Source: Syntrophomonas sp. (GTDB lineage Bacteria > Bacillota > Syntrophomonadia > Syntrophomonadales > Syntrophomonadaceae). From it: a stretch of DNA of 64,000 bases. The stretch covers positions 1,016-65,015 of the forward strand of contig JAENZN010000023.1 in the NCBI GenBank assembly GCA_016841245.1, written 5' to 3'. The notes below the pieces were generated by a model. It saw only the letters and a list, made by a program, of their open reading frames with translations. It was not told where the DNA came from and did no database searches. Below, one piece after another: positions 1-8,351 of the stretch. Made by a program: the position numbers and the translations under genes. Positions within the stretch are counted from its first letter, which is position 1. The number at the start of each line of letters is the position of its first letter.

Positions 1-1153
1 ATCCGCAATCGGGAGATACCCTTTGCATTTCTTCTAAAACCTGTACCGCTTTTTCTGCTTGTCCGGTTGCCTCATAGACCACCCCTAAATAAAACAGGCT
101 ATCGTCATAGTAATTGGTATCTGGAAATCTCTCCAGGTATTGCAGGTAATATCGCTCGGCCTCTTCGTAATTATTCTGCAGATAACAGGTCCGGGCTAGA
201 TAATAAAGTGCCTCCCGGTTTAAATAATCCCCGGTATCCATGGAGACTACTACTCCCAGATTACTCATCGCCATCTCTAGATTCCCATCCAAATAAGCCT
301 GGTATCCTTCCTGGTAATAATCTTTTTCCCTTTCGACATCGTGATCTGATCCTCCTCTGCTGTTATCCTCTTCCATTATTATATTATCAGATAACACCGG
401 ACTATCTCCTGCCACAGTTTCAGCCTGGACCTCATTGACTGCGACTTCACTTTGCAGCGTATCCTGGGTTTCAAACGCACTCTCCTGCTTTGGCATTATC
501 CCTGCTTTGAGCAGCAGCAGCAGACATACCGCAACAGTTAAGGCAAAAGCAGTTTTCTGCAGGGGAAATTTGCCTAGGCCAATCTTTTTCCTAACTGGTG
601 GTTCTTCTATTTCTATCACCAGGTTGTTTTTGTTGTCCAGGTCGGGAATCATGTGCAGATAATCTGACAGCGTTTGATTGCTGATATCCCTTTCCAGCCC
701 TTTTTGCCAAACTATCCTGGCCTGGTCATGTTCAGCGCAGGCCATATAACAAAGACCCAAAAACTGATATACACTAACGAAACCGTCGTTTTCTCCCAAA
801 AGCTCGCGCAGTGATTTCAAGGCTGCTTCATAATTTTTTTGTTCAATATTATATAGTGCATGCTTATAACGTTTTATCCAGGATTGAAAAGACGGGGTCT
901 TATAACGGCCGATTTTATTTTTAGCCTCCTGGTTAGCCGGGTTGAGTCTCAAGACCTCTTCCCAACAAGCTTTAGCCCGATCAAATTCACCCAGGTAATA
1001 ATAACAATCCGCCAGAAGATTAATCAGGGTTATATTCTCAGGTTCATAACCGACCATTTCAAGAATAATCTCCAGCCCAGCACTTAGATCGTGCTCTTGT
1101 ATTTTTTCCAGAGCAGTCTGCACGGGGATACTCGAGTTTGCACCATTACTCAT
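1..1153 (-). CDS. TPR-repeat protein with one central transmembrane helix (partial; C-terminus lies beyond window start)
   Basis: Hand translation of the minus strand from ATG at 1153 stays open to nt 1 (MSNGANSSIPVQTALEK...). It shows TPR-like repeats (CYYYLGEFDRAKACWEEVLRLNP; LYYLARTCYLQNNYEEAERYYLQYLERFP) and a hydrophobic segment KTAFALTVAVCLLLLL near nt 500-560. It is missing from the ORF track only because no stop lies in the window. The + strand ORFs 67-1323 are antisense artefacts. Confidence 0.75.
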   Translation of the reverse strand, partial: MSNGANSSIPVQTALEKIQEHDLSAGLEIILEMVGYEPENITLINLLADCYYYLGEFDRAKACWEEVLRLNPANQEAKNKIGRYKTPSFQSWIKRYKHALYNIEQKNYEAALKSLRELLGENDGFVSVYQFLGLCYMACAEHDQARIVWQKGLERDISNQTLSDYLHMIPDLDNKNNLVIEIEEPPVRKKIGLGKFPLQKTAFALTVAVCLLLLLKAGIMPKQESAFETQDTLQSEVAVNEVQAETVAGDSPVLSDNIIMEEDNSRGGSDHDVEREKDYYQEGYQAYLDGNLEMAMSNLGVVVSMDTGDYLNREALYYLARTCYLQNNYEEAERYYLQYLERFPDTNYYDDSLFYLGVVYEATGQAEKAVQVLEEMQRVSPDCG

Positions 1154-1357
1154 TTTTTATCACACCCTTGAAATATATTTTTTCATTAATATATTTCAAC
1201 AGTCCCAGCCCTATATCCTTCCATTTTTTGTCAATATTTTACTGCTTTTATCCCTATTTTTCGGGTGTTTTAAACACTTTTATCTTTTATCTGATATCAA
1301 CTTTGTCTGTTTCTCGCACTTAAAGCAGAACAGACATCGTTATCCTTCATTTATATT

Positions 1358-1404
1358 TGATTCCACTGCAAAAACCCTAAAGATTAATTTTTGCAGTGGA
1401 ATCA
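1358..1404. repeat. Palindromic hairpin element, copy 1 (17-bp perfect arms TGATTCCACTGCAAAAA / TTTTTGCAGTGGAATCA, 12-13 nt loop CCCTAAAGATTA)
   Basis: Read directly. It lies 21 nt downstream of the minus-strand stop at 1425. A near-identical copy is at 31428-31474. Confidence 0.85.
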
Positions 1405-1424
1405 TTTCTCAATTATTTAAAATA

Positions 1425-2222
1425 CTATTTTAACTCAATATGAAAAAGCACCTCATCATCCAGCATCATGATGTTCTCTAAACCAACATCCTTTTTGGCT
1501 TTGATAATCAGCGTCCGGTCACCTTTTTTCCAGGTGGAGCTGCATTCCTGCTCTGAAATCACAAAATCAAATCTGGGCGGCGCAGCAAGTCTTCCCCTGG
1601 TTATTCCCTGCAGACAGTCAGCCAGACAGCCTGAACCTACAGCAAATACACTTACTTCAGGTGAATTTACTTTACCAAAATTATCTTCAGCAATGGCAGC
1701 CATCCTCACCGCCAGATGCAGATCCTTGCAATCCTCCCGATGGTGAGTAAGAGCATGCCTGGTCATTAGTTTCTGTCTCATTTCCCTATGTTTACCTCTT
1801 ATGTATGGAGTATCCGGCGAAAAAACAATATCGTTTTCATAATAAGGTTTAATATCCAGAACCGGAGTCCCCCCTATGGCATCTAAACCCCTTACATATA
1901 AGCGATTACCTTCAACCGTAATCAGTTCAGCTAAGCTAAGTCCGATGGGGTTGGGCCTGGCAAACGCCCTGAGTGCAAACACTCCATATTCAGGCAGATC
2001 CGGGTTGACCTTCAGGGGGATCGATTTTAATATATCCCGGGGAGCTTTATGAAACCAGGAAAGTATCCAGATATGTGAATTCTCCTCGATACCTTTCAAA
2101 GCCTCAGCATACTCCGGGTATATTTCAATAACCGAGGATAAACCTCCCAAGGGCATATCAACGGGTTCCTCTACCTCAGCCAAAACTGTACCAATTGGTT
2201 TAAGAACAATATCTTCCCTCAT
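1425..2222 (-). CDS. TsaA/TrmO-like (YaeB/UPF0066) domain fused to a C-terminal FmdE-like domain
   Basis: The N-terminal part (VLKPIGTV..., IWILSWFH, RPNPIGLSLAELI, GTPVLDIKPY) matches the TrmO/TsaA beta-barrel signature. The C-terminal part (HHREDCKDLHLAVRMAAIA ... GSGCLADCLQGITRG) resembles the FmdE/FwdE fold. I prefer the ATG at 2222 (MREDIV) because GGGGGGAA lies 6 nt upstream. The track ORF extends to 2273. Confidence 0.7.
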   Translation of the reverse strand: MREDIVLKPIGTVLAEVEEPVDMPLGGLSSVIEIYPEYAEALKGIEENSHIWILSWFHKAPRDILKSIPLKVNPDLPEYGVFALRAFARPNPIGLSLAELITVEGNRLYVRGLDAIGGTPVLDIKPYYENDIVFSPDTPYIRGKHREMRQKLMTRHALTHHREDCKDLHLAVRMAAIAEDNFGKVNSPEVSVFAVGSGCLADCLQGITRGRLAAPPRFDFVISEQECSSTWKKGDRTLIIKAKKDVGLENIMMLDDEVLFHIELK

Positions 2223-2701
2223 TTCATTCCCCCCTTGACCTTTCCTTAGATATGAATTCAAATTTATATGCATACCTAATAATACTAATAAATAATACGT
2301 TTATGCTCTGCCCATCCATAAATATTTTACAGCTCCAGACTTCAGGTGAGAATTTCAGAAACCCAAAATGATATTACTGGCAACTATTTCTTCCCAGTAT
2401 ACGATAAATTTTTCTTTATAAATTTATAAAATGTAATCTCTAACAATCTTGCCCTTTCTCTATGCTTGCAAAAGGTTATACGCTGCAATTTCTACCACCA
2501 AATTCATCCAATGTTCCCCAACCTATTGCAGTACGATCAAAGACAAGTCATTGACAAACTTATGTCAACCTATACTGAACAACAGATTTCTTCCCTCTTA
2601 ACAATAAAACAGCCAAACATATGCAGGGTTTTTCTTCATTTATTCGTTATTATTAATGAGAGAGAAAGGAGGGGATTACGGTTTGCACTGATGAACAACT
2701 G

Positions 2702-3226
2702 GTGAAATCAATTTTAAACGGACATACTGATAAATTTGAATACCTTATCTCGAAATACCAGAACTACGTTTTCGCTATTATTCTTAATATTACAGGTGAA
2801 TCCTCGGATATTCCAGACATAGCACAAGAAGTATTTTTGAGTGTATTCCGTTCTCTCTCAAGCTATCGTTCCGGCAGTTTTAAATCCTGGCTGGGAAAAA
2901 TAACTGTCAGCCGAGCTATCGATTGGAAACGTGTTCAGGCCAGAGCACCCAACCGGGAAAATGGAATCGAAATTGATAACCTGGCTCAGGATAATATGGT
3001 ATCTCTGGAAAACCTTATTATAAACCGTGACAGCCGGAAACAGGTAAAAAAACTTTGTCAGGAACTTCCAGATAAATACTCCAGTACTATTGAAAAATAT
3101 TACTTTGATGAAAAGAGCTATGAACAAATCGCCGTTGAAGAAGGAATAAGCGTAAAGACGGTTGAATCCAGGCTTTACCGGGCCCGGACCATATTAAAAG
3201 AGAGATGGGAGGGAGATATGCCGTGA
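2702..3226 (+). CDS. ECF-type RNA polymerase sigma-70 family factor
   Basis: It has a region 2 pattern (YQNYVFAIILNITG, DIAQEVFLSVF, FKSWLGKITVSRAIDWKR) and a region 4 pattern (YYFDEKSYEQIAVEEGISVKTVESRLYRAR). The start is uncertain. The in-frame upstream peptide TDEQLV looks homologous, but no canonical start precedes it. Confidence 0.85.
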   Translation: MKSILNGHTDKFEYLISKYQNYVFAIILNITGESSDIPDIAQEVFLSVFRSLSSYRSGSFKSWLGKITVSRAIDWKRVQARAPNRENGIEIDNLAQDNMVSLENLIINRDSRKQVKKLCQELPDKYSSTIEKYYFDEKSYEQIAVEEGISVKTVESRLYRARTILKERWEGDMP

Positions 3227-3696
3227 CGCATTACACGTCTGAACAGTGGATAAATTTTAAATCCGGACAGATTAATCCACAGAGCTGTTTGAGCATGGAA
3301 AATCACCTGCTGGAATGTGATCAATGCATGAAGTTTTACCTGGAACTCATTGATGGAAATGACCTCGAGCAGGCTGAAAAGCATATCCCTTCTGGCTTCG
3401 CTACCGCTATGATGCAGCACATAAAATCAACCCGACCCATAATCGGTCTAGAAAAATCAAAATCACTTGCCCATATAAAAAAGATCAGGAGGAAAATAAT
3501 ATCATTTTACGCTGCCGCAGCAGTTATTACCATAGCACTAACCGGAGCGGGTTTTTTCGATCTCCTGCTGGAGAAATCATCAACTTTAAAACCTCCGGAC
3601 TTAAGTCCTTACCTGGAAGAAACACAAAGTGCAAATCATAGTCAGGGCAGGAGTATATTCTCACAGTATTTTAACTTTACTAATGGAAAGGAGTAA
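3223..3696 (+). CDS. Anti-sigma factor, zf-HC2 type, single-pass membrane protein
   Basis: It carries an H-x3-C-x2-C motif (HLLECDQCMKF) and a TM segment (IISFYAAAAVITIALTGAGFF). The GTG at 3223 overlaps the sigma stop (GTGA), with GGGAGGGAG upstream. The track ORF starts at 3205. Confidence 0.75.
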   Translation: MTHYTSEQWINFKSGQINPQSCLSMENHLLECDQCMKFYLELIDGNDLEQAEKHIPSGFATAMMQHIKSTRPIIGLEKSKSLAHIKKIRRKIISFYAAAAVITIALTGAGFFDLLLEKSSTLKPPDLSPYLEETQSANHSQGRSIFSQYFNFTNGKE

Positions 3697-3700
3697 AACC

Positions 3701-4228
3701 ATGAACAGGAGAAACAAATTTTTGACCCTAGTATTTTCATTGTTCCCAGGTGCCGGCCATATGTATATGGGTTATCTAACCCAGGGCACCCAGCTTATGT
3801 TGCTTTTCCTGCTAGTCTGCTTTGTTGTAGTAGATTTCAGGTTCATGTTGCTGGGGTTTCTTATTCCAGTAATCTGGTTCTACAGCTTATTCGATGCCTA
3901 TAATCGTTATGAAGGAACGGAAATAGAGGAAATAACGACTTTCAACATTTTTGAATGGCTGCAGCTCCGCCCGAAATGGATTGGCTGGGCTTTGATAATA
4001 ACAGGCAGTTTCATGGTTCTGGACCGGGTGTTGTTTCCCCTTCTCCCCTACCAGTGGAGAGACTTTATTCAGACCGGAATAGTAGCTGTTATATTAATCT
4101 GGGGTGGAATCACACTGCTTATGGGAACTAAACCTGAAATCACTTATCATCCTGAGCTTCAGATCCCGGATCAGTCCACTTTCTGCCAAGGAGAAGTTAT
4201 CGACACCGATAACAACGAGGAGGTATAA
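3701..4228 (+). CDS. Multi-pass membrane protein of the ECF operon (function unknown)
   Basis: The ATG at 3701 is preceded by AAAGGAG. Four or five hydrophobic helices are visible, and the gene is translationally coupled to the next one. Confidence 0.6.
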   Translation: MNRRNKFLTLVFSLFPGAGHMYMGYLTQGTQLMLLFLLVCFVVVDFRFMLLGFLIPVIWFYSLFDAYNRYEGTEIEEITTFNIFEWLQLRPKWIGWALIITGSFMVLDRVLFPLLPYQWRDFIQTGIVAVILIWGGITLLMGTKPEITYHPELQIPDQSTFCQGEVIDTDNNEEV

Positions 4229-5184
4229 TGATGAGACAGTGGAGAGTAGGAACTTTTACTCTAGGAGTACTGCTCCTGGTTCTGGGTATAGGTCTGCTCT
4301 ATTCTAACATCAGTAGAATAGCAGTAATTGATTTTCTCTTGCTATGGTGGCCGCTGCTGTTTGTCCTGTTGGGCCTTGAAGTATTGATCCTGCAGGGATT
4401 GGCAAGAAAAAACGAACAAGTCCCTAAATACGATCTATTAGGTATCTTTGTTATGTTAGTAATTTTATTCTTTGCAATAGGAATGCACTCGTTTATTGAA
4501 ACGGGACTGGCAGAGCAGATCAAGCAAGAGGTATCTTCCCGGTCTTTTGATATCACATCAGATCCGCTGCAGAAAGCAATTACTGCCGATATAAATAGAA
4601 TAGTGGTAAATTCTCCTTGCTGCCGGCTCAGCACCTATACCTCAAATGAGCAATCAATAAGTGCATTTTTTCAAGCAACCATAATAGCAGACAATTCGGA
4701 GACAGCCCGACTCATGTTACAAGAAGGCTTCCGTATAAACTGTAAAAAAGTAGATGATACACTTTTTGTAAGTTTAAATACCGCCTCTCAAAAGGCTTTG
4801 GGATATTCCTTAAACCTCAAAGAGGTGACCCTGGTGCTTCCCACAGATGTCAATGTAGAGCTAAACGTACCTGATACGGAAGTTAAAGTAACAGCGGACA
4901 TGAATAACGACTGGAAGATCAACTCTCCTGCGGAGATTGAAGTGAACATCCCATCCGGAAAGGAAGTGCAGGTCAACGCACTGGTGAACAGCGCTAACTG
5001 CCTGAGAGGTAGTGTAGATTGGGACATAATCACCAGCACTCCAATAGAAGCGCCTGAAAATGGAAATCTGAACGAATATGCCTCACCAGCAGCTAATACC
5101 CTCGGCCGGTTCCAAAGCGGAGACCCACGCCACCAGATAGATATAATCGGTGCAGATACAGTCAGATTATACTACATAGATTAA
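4228..5184 (+). CDS. Membrane protein with an N-terminal LiaF/DUF5668-like TM region and a beta-rich DUF4097-like C-terminal domain
   Basis: GAGGAGG lies upstream. The N-terminal TM helices are followed by a repetitive beta-strand-like segment (VTLVLPTDVNVELNVPDTEVKVTADM...). The domain names are from memory of similar stress-operon proteins. Confidence 0.55.
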   Translation: MMRQWRVGTFTLGVLLLVLGIGLLYSNISRIAVIDFLLLWWPLLFVLLGLEVLILQGLARKNEQVPKYDLLGIFVMLVILFFAIGMHSFIETGLAEQIKQEVSSRSFDITSDPLQKAITADINRIVVNSPCCRLSTYTSNEQSISAFFQATIIADNSETARLMLQEGFRINCKKVDDTLFVSLNTASQKALGYSLNLKEVTLVLPTDVNVELNVPDTEVKVTADMNNDWKINSPAEIEVNIPSGKEVQVNALVNSANCLRGSVDWDIITSTPIEAPENGNLNEYASPAANTLGRFQSGDPRHQIDIIGADTVRLYYID

Positions 5185-5292
5185 ATGCAGCATTGCCATC
5201 AGGGACAGTTCTCAATTTGTGGCATTCCAGGATTTCGGCAATTGCCCAAAAGGCTATTTAATTAGTATTTACTGGAGCACTGTTATGACACA

Positions 5293-5322
5293 TTGACATG
5301 CTTGAGGTTCAGATGTTATCAT
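5293..5322 (+). promoter_or_regulatory. Sigma-70-type promoter for tRNA-Pro (TTGACA, 18-nt spacer, TATCAT)
   Basis: The -35 element TTGACA is at 5293-5298 and the -10 element TATCAT is at 5317-5322. The tRNA 5' end is at 5332. Confidence 0.5.
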
Positions 5323-5331
5323 ATAAAAGTT

Positions 5332-5408
5332 CGGGGCGTGGCGCAGTTTGGTAGCGCGTCTGATTTGGGATCAGAAGGCCGCAGGTTCAAATCCTGTCGC
5401 CCCGACCA
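5332..5408 (+). tRNA. tRNA-Pro: tRNA-Pro (anticodon UGG), CCA encoded
   Basis: The cloverleaf was read by hand. The acceptor is CGGGGCG/CGCCCCG, the D arm is GCGCAGTTTGGTAGCGC, the anticodon stem is TCTGA/TCAGA with loop TTTGGGA, and the T arm is GCAGGTTCAAATCCTGT. It ends in ACCA. Confidence 0.93.
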
Positions 5409-5424
5409 TTGAAAAGCCCTTAAG

Positions 5425-5450
5425 CCCTGCAGTTTATGCGGGGTTTTTTA
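5425..5450 (+). terminator. Rho-independent terminator after tRNA-Pro
   Basis: The stem is CCCTGCA/TGCGGGG (one G-U pair), the loop is GTTTA, and a T6 run follows. Confidence 0.7.
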
Positions 5451-5570
5451 TTGTCTCCATTCCAGAACAGTCATTCTATTTTAACGTTTTTTCATAAACT
5501 TTAGTGCTCAATATTTTAATTCAGGGGCTAGTTAGGGGTCACAATACCTTTAGTTCATTGCTTAACTTTA

Positions 5571-5790
5571 TTCCAGGCATGCATCTGATGTAGCCCTGGG
5601 TGCTTCAGCCGGTATGGCAGGATGTACAGTCTGTGTTATGACTGCATATTACGGTATGACCAGGTATTCAAGCTGGTGGCTTATACTAGCTCTCTCGCTT
5701 CTCGCCTGGCTGGTAAGCTCAATAATTTTTATCACTTTTATCCACCAGCTGTTTAAGGTATACAAACAACCGTCTGGTGATAACAATAAA
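5571..5790 (+). pseudogene. Relic of the C-terminal half of the DUF3147 gene (duplicate of 10357-10576)
   Basis: 5570-5721 is identical base for base to 10356-10507, and similarity decays after that. The fragment lacks the N-terminal half of the parent gene. Track ORF 5614-5841 is this fragment. Confidence 0.8.
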
Positions 5791-5868
5791 AAAAAATTCT
5801 ATTTTGGAACTATCCCCGCTTGCACGAATATAGCCTTTTGAAATGTTTGGCTTAAAAAGGGTGGTAGT

Positions 5869-6612
5869 ATGTTTGATAATTTATTCATAAAGAGCATAGG
5901 ACTGAATAGATCTACCTGTGAGAATGAAGACTATGTTTTTCAACTGCCAGTGATAAAAAACCTGATTAAAATACAGCAACTTGAGCTTAATACAAAAGTA
6001 ACTTTTTTTATTGGCGAAAATGGCACCGGCAAATCTACACTTCTTGAAGCACTCGCTGTTGCTTGTGGATTTAACGCAGAAGGAGGAACCAAGAATTTCA
6101 ATTTTTCCTCCAAGCCAACACATTCACAGCTGTACCGGTATTTAACAGTTGCAAAGGGAATAAAGAAACCTTCAGATGGATTTTTCTTAAGGGCTGAAAG
6201 CTTTTATAATGTCGCTTCTGAAATTGACCGATTGGATGAAATATTCCCTCTGCTGTCAAGTTATGGCGGCAGATCTTTACATAATCAATCACATGGTGAA
6301 AGCTTTATGTCCTTAATTTTAAATCGCTTTGGCGGAAATGGGTTATACATTTTAGATGAACCGGAAGCCGCCTTATCTCCTTCTAGGCAGCTGTCATTGC
6401 TGGTACAGATAAACAACCTGGTTAAAAAGAATTCACAATTCATAATTGCTACACATTCGCCAATCCTTCTTGCCTATCCTGGTGCTGACATATATGTCTT
6501 CTCGGAAGAAGGCATCACTTTGACCCCATATGAGAACACAGAACACTATTTTTTGACCAAAGAATTCCTCAATAATCCTCATAAAATGTTAAATTACTTA
6601 TTTGAGGATTAG
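5869..6612 (+). CDS. Small stand-alone ABC/SMC-like AAA ATPase (AAA_21 / COG3910-like)
   Basis: It has a Walker A motif (GENGTGKST), an ABC-signature-like region, a Walker B motif (LYILDEPEAALSP) and an H-loop (ATHSPILL). GGGTGG lies upstream. Confidence 0.8.
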   Translation: MFDNLFIKSIGLNRSTCENEDYVFQLPVIKNLIKIQQLELNTKVTFFIGENGTGKSTLLEALAVACGFNAEGGTKNFNFSSKPTHSQLYRYLTVAKGIKKPSDGFFLRAESFYNVASEIDRLDEIFPLLSSYGGRSLHNQSHGESFMSLILNRFGGNGLYILDEPEAALSPSRQLSLLVQINNLVKKNSQFIIATHSPILLAYPGADIYVFSEEGITLTPYENTEHYFLTKEFLNNPHKMLNYLFED

Positions 6613-6999
6613 CCTTAGGGAAGAATGTCTCATGCTTAATTAATCTAAGAAATAAAGAACTCTGTATTGCAATACAGGTCATAATGCCATCCAGCATCCC
6701 TTTTCTCCATTCTTCCCCTCATCTTATTATAACGTCGTCTTGAAACAGAAGCATGCATTGCTATTTTTCTCAACATGTGATAAGATTTGTAGTTGTTATT
6801 GTATTTCAATCGCCTGGACTCCAGTGACAATATCAAGTAATTCAGGATTATAGAGTGGGAAACTCAATTAATTATGAGTTGACTGCTCTTTTTATGTTTA
6901 CATGGTGAAATATTATAAAGAACGCTAATTCCATTTAAGGTGCAAACAAAGAAAATCAATAATTAATAGTGGCTTGCCACATTTAAAGGAGAAAATGAA

Positions 7000-8151
7000 T
7001 TGAAATTTGAAAACCTGAATATCATCACGCCTATTTTAAAGGCTGTTTACCATGAAGGATACACAATGCCTACTCCAATACAGGAACAGGCGATACCCTT
7101 TATACTTGAAGGGAAGGATCTGGTGGGGTGCGCGCAAACAGGCACGGGAAAGACGGCAGCCTTTGCTATTCCTTTGCTGCAGATTCTATATAATGAAAAG
7201 AACAATGAAAAAGGGCCCCGGAAAATCAAAGCCTTAATATTGACTCCAACACGGGAACTGGCCAGTCAGATAGGCGAAAGCCTTGCTGCCTACGGACGAT
7301 ATACCGCAATTAAGCATACCGTGATTTTCGGTGGGGTATCCCAATACCCACAAATAAATGCTATAAGGTCGGGAGTAGATATTCTTGTAGCAACTCCAGG
7401 CCGTCTGCTGGATCTGATAAACCATAAACACATCGATCTTAGACATGTGAAGCTTTTAGTACTGGATGAGGCAGATCGCATGCTGGACATGGGATTTTTG
7501 CATGATGTAAAGAAAATCATAGCTCTGCTAACAGTCACCAGACAAACATTATTGTTTTCCGCAACAATGCCGCTGGAAATTACAAAGCTAATAGATACCA
7601 TGCTGTCGAAGCCCGTCAAGGTGGAAGTGACTCCTGTAGCGTCTACGGTGGACACCATTGATCAGACAGTTTATTTCGTTGATCGAAAAGATAAGCAAAA
7701 CCTGCTCGTACAACTGTTAAGAAACCAATCCATCGATTCCGCCCTGGTATTTACGCGCACCAAGCATGGAGCTAATAGGGTGGTCAGAGAACTACAAAAG
7801 GCCAGAATACCAGCCCAGGCAATCCATGGGGATAAATCGCAGGGGGCGAGAGAGCTGGCTTTGAAAAATTTCAAGTCTAAACGCACCAGGGTGCTGGTTG
7901 CTACTGATATTGCATCACGGGGAATCGATGTACATGAGCTATCTTGTGTTATTAATTTCGATATACCCAATATACCAGAAACCTATGTCCACCGGATCGG
8001 GAGAACCGGAAGAGCCGGATTGGGGGGAACTGCAGTGTCGTTTTGTGACATAGAGGAAAAGGGATATCTGAGGGATATACAGAAACTTATATGTAAAAAG
8101 ATACCCGTCAGCGAAGCTCAGACTTATTCGCTGAGTACCGCCGGCAAATGA
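7000..8151 (+). CDS. DEAD-box ATP-dependent RNA helicase (RhlE/CshA-like)
   Basis: It has a Q motif (TPIQEQAIP), motif I (AQTGTGKT), PTRELA, DEAD as VLDEADRM, SAT, and HRIGRTGRAG. The TTG start at 7000 follows AAAGGAG. Confidence 0.92.
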   Translation: MKFENLNIITPILKAVYHEGYTMPTPIQEQAIPFILEGKDLVGCAQTGTGKTAAFAIPLLQILYNEKNNEKGPRKIKALILTPTRELASQIGESLAAYGRYTAIKHTVIFGGVSQYPQINAIRSGVDILVATPGRLLDLINHKHIDLRHVKLLVLDEADRMLDMGFLHDVKKIIALLTVTRQTLLFSATMPLEITKLIDTMLSKPVKVEVTPVASTVDTIDQTVYFVDRKDKQNLLVQLLRNQSIDSALVFTRTKHGANRVVRELQKARIPAQAIHGDKSQGARELALKNFKSKRTRVLVATDIASRGIDVHELSCVINFDIPNIPETYVHRIGRTGRAGLGGTAVSFCDIEEKGYLRDIQKLICKKIPVSEAQTYSLSTAGK

Positions 8152-8351
8152 TGTCTTCGGCTTTTATCAGTGAATGAAGGGTAAGCTTTGACCCATTGAA
8201 CTCAATATGGAGCTGCCCCGCCTGGAATTAGTCCTTATTGAGAACCTGGGCCCCCACCGAGATACAGCAAAGATATTTCCAGGGATATAGTGAGGGCTAG
8301 TTAGCCAGCGATCATGTGCATTTAGTCTGTGTCGTAGTGAGATAGAAACCG

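Noticed and set aside
67-1323. Plus-strand ORFs 67-438, 435-662, 860-1087 and 1138-1323.
   Set aside because: Their low-complexity Pro/Leu/Ser-rich translations have no RBS. They lie antisense to a continuous TPR-protein frame on the minus strand.
2466-2705. A 79-aa plus-strand ORF upstream of the ECF sigma gene.
   Set aside because: It has a TTG start without an SD and spans the likely promoter/leader of the sigma operon. The translation looks non-protein-like.
6645-6836. A minus-strand 63-aa basic ORF, considered as a possible transposase or recombinase remnant marking a mobile element near the duplication.
   Set aside because: I could name no recognisable motif and there is no RBS. It could be a remnant, but I cannot support any call from the sequence alone.
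8152-8351. A 200-nt convergent intergenic region with GC-rich patches (GGGCCCCCACCGAG, a CTCAATA...TATTGAG stem), considered as a possible structured ncRNA. ORF 8167-8355 was also considered.
   Set aside because: I could not match it to any RNA family signature and it has no clear terminator or promoter. The evidence is insufficient.
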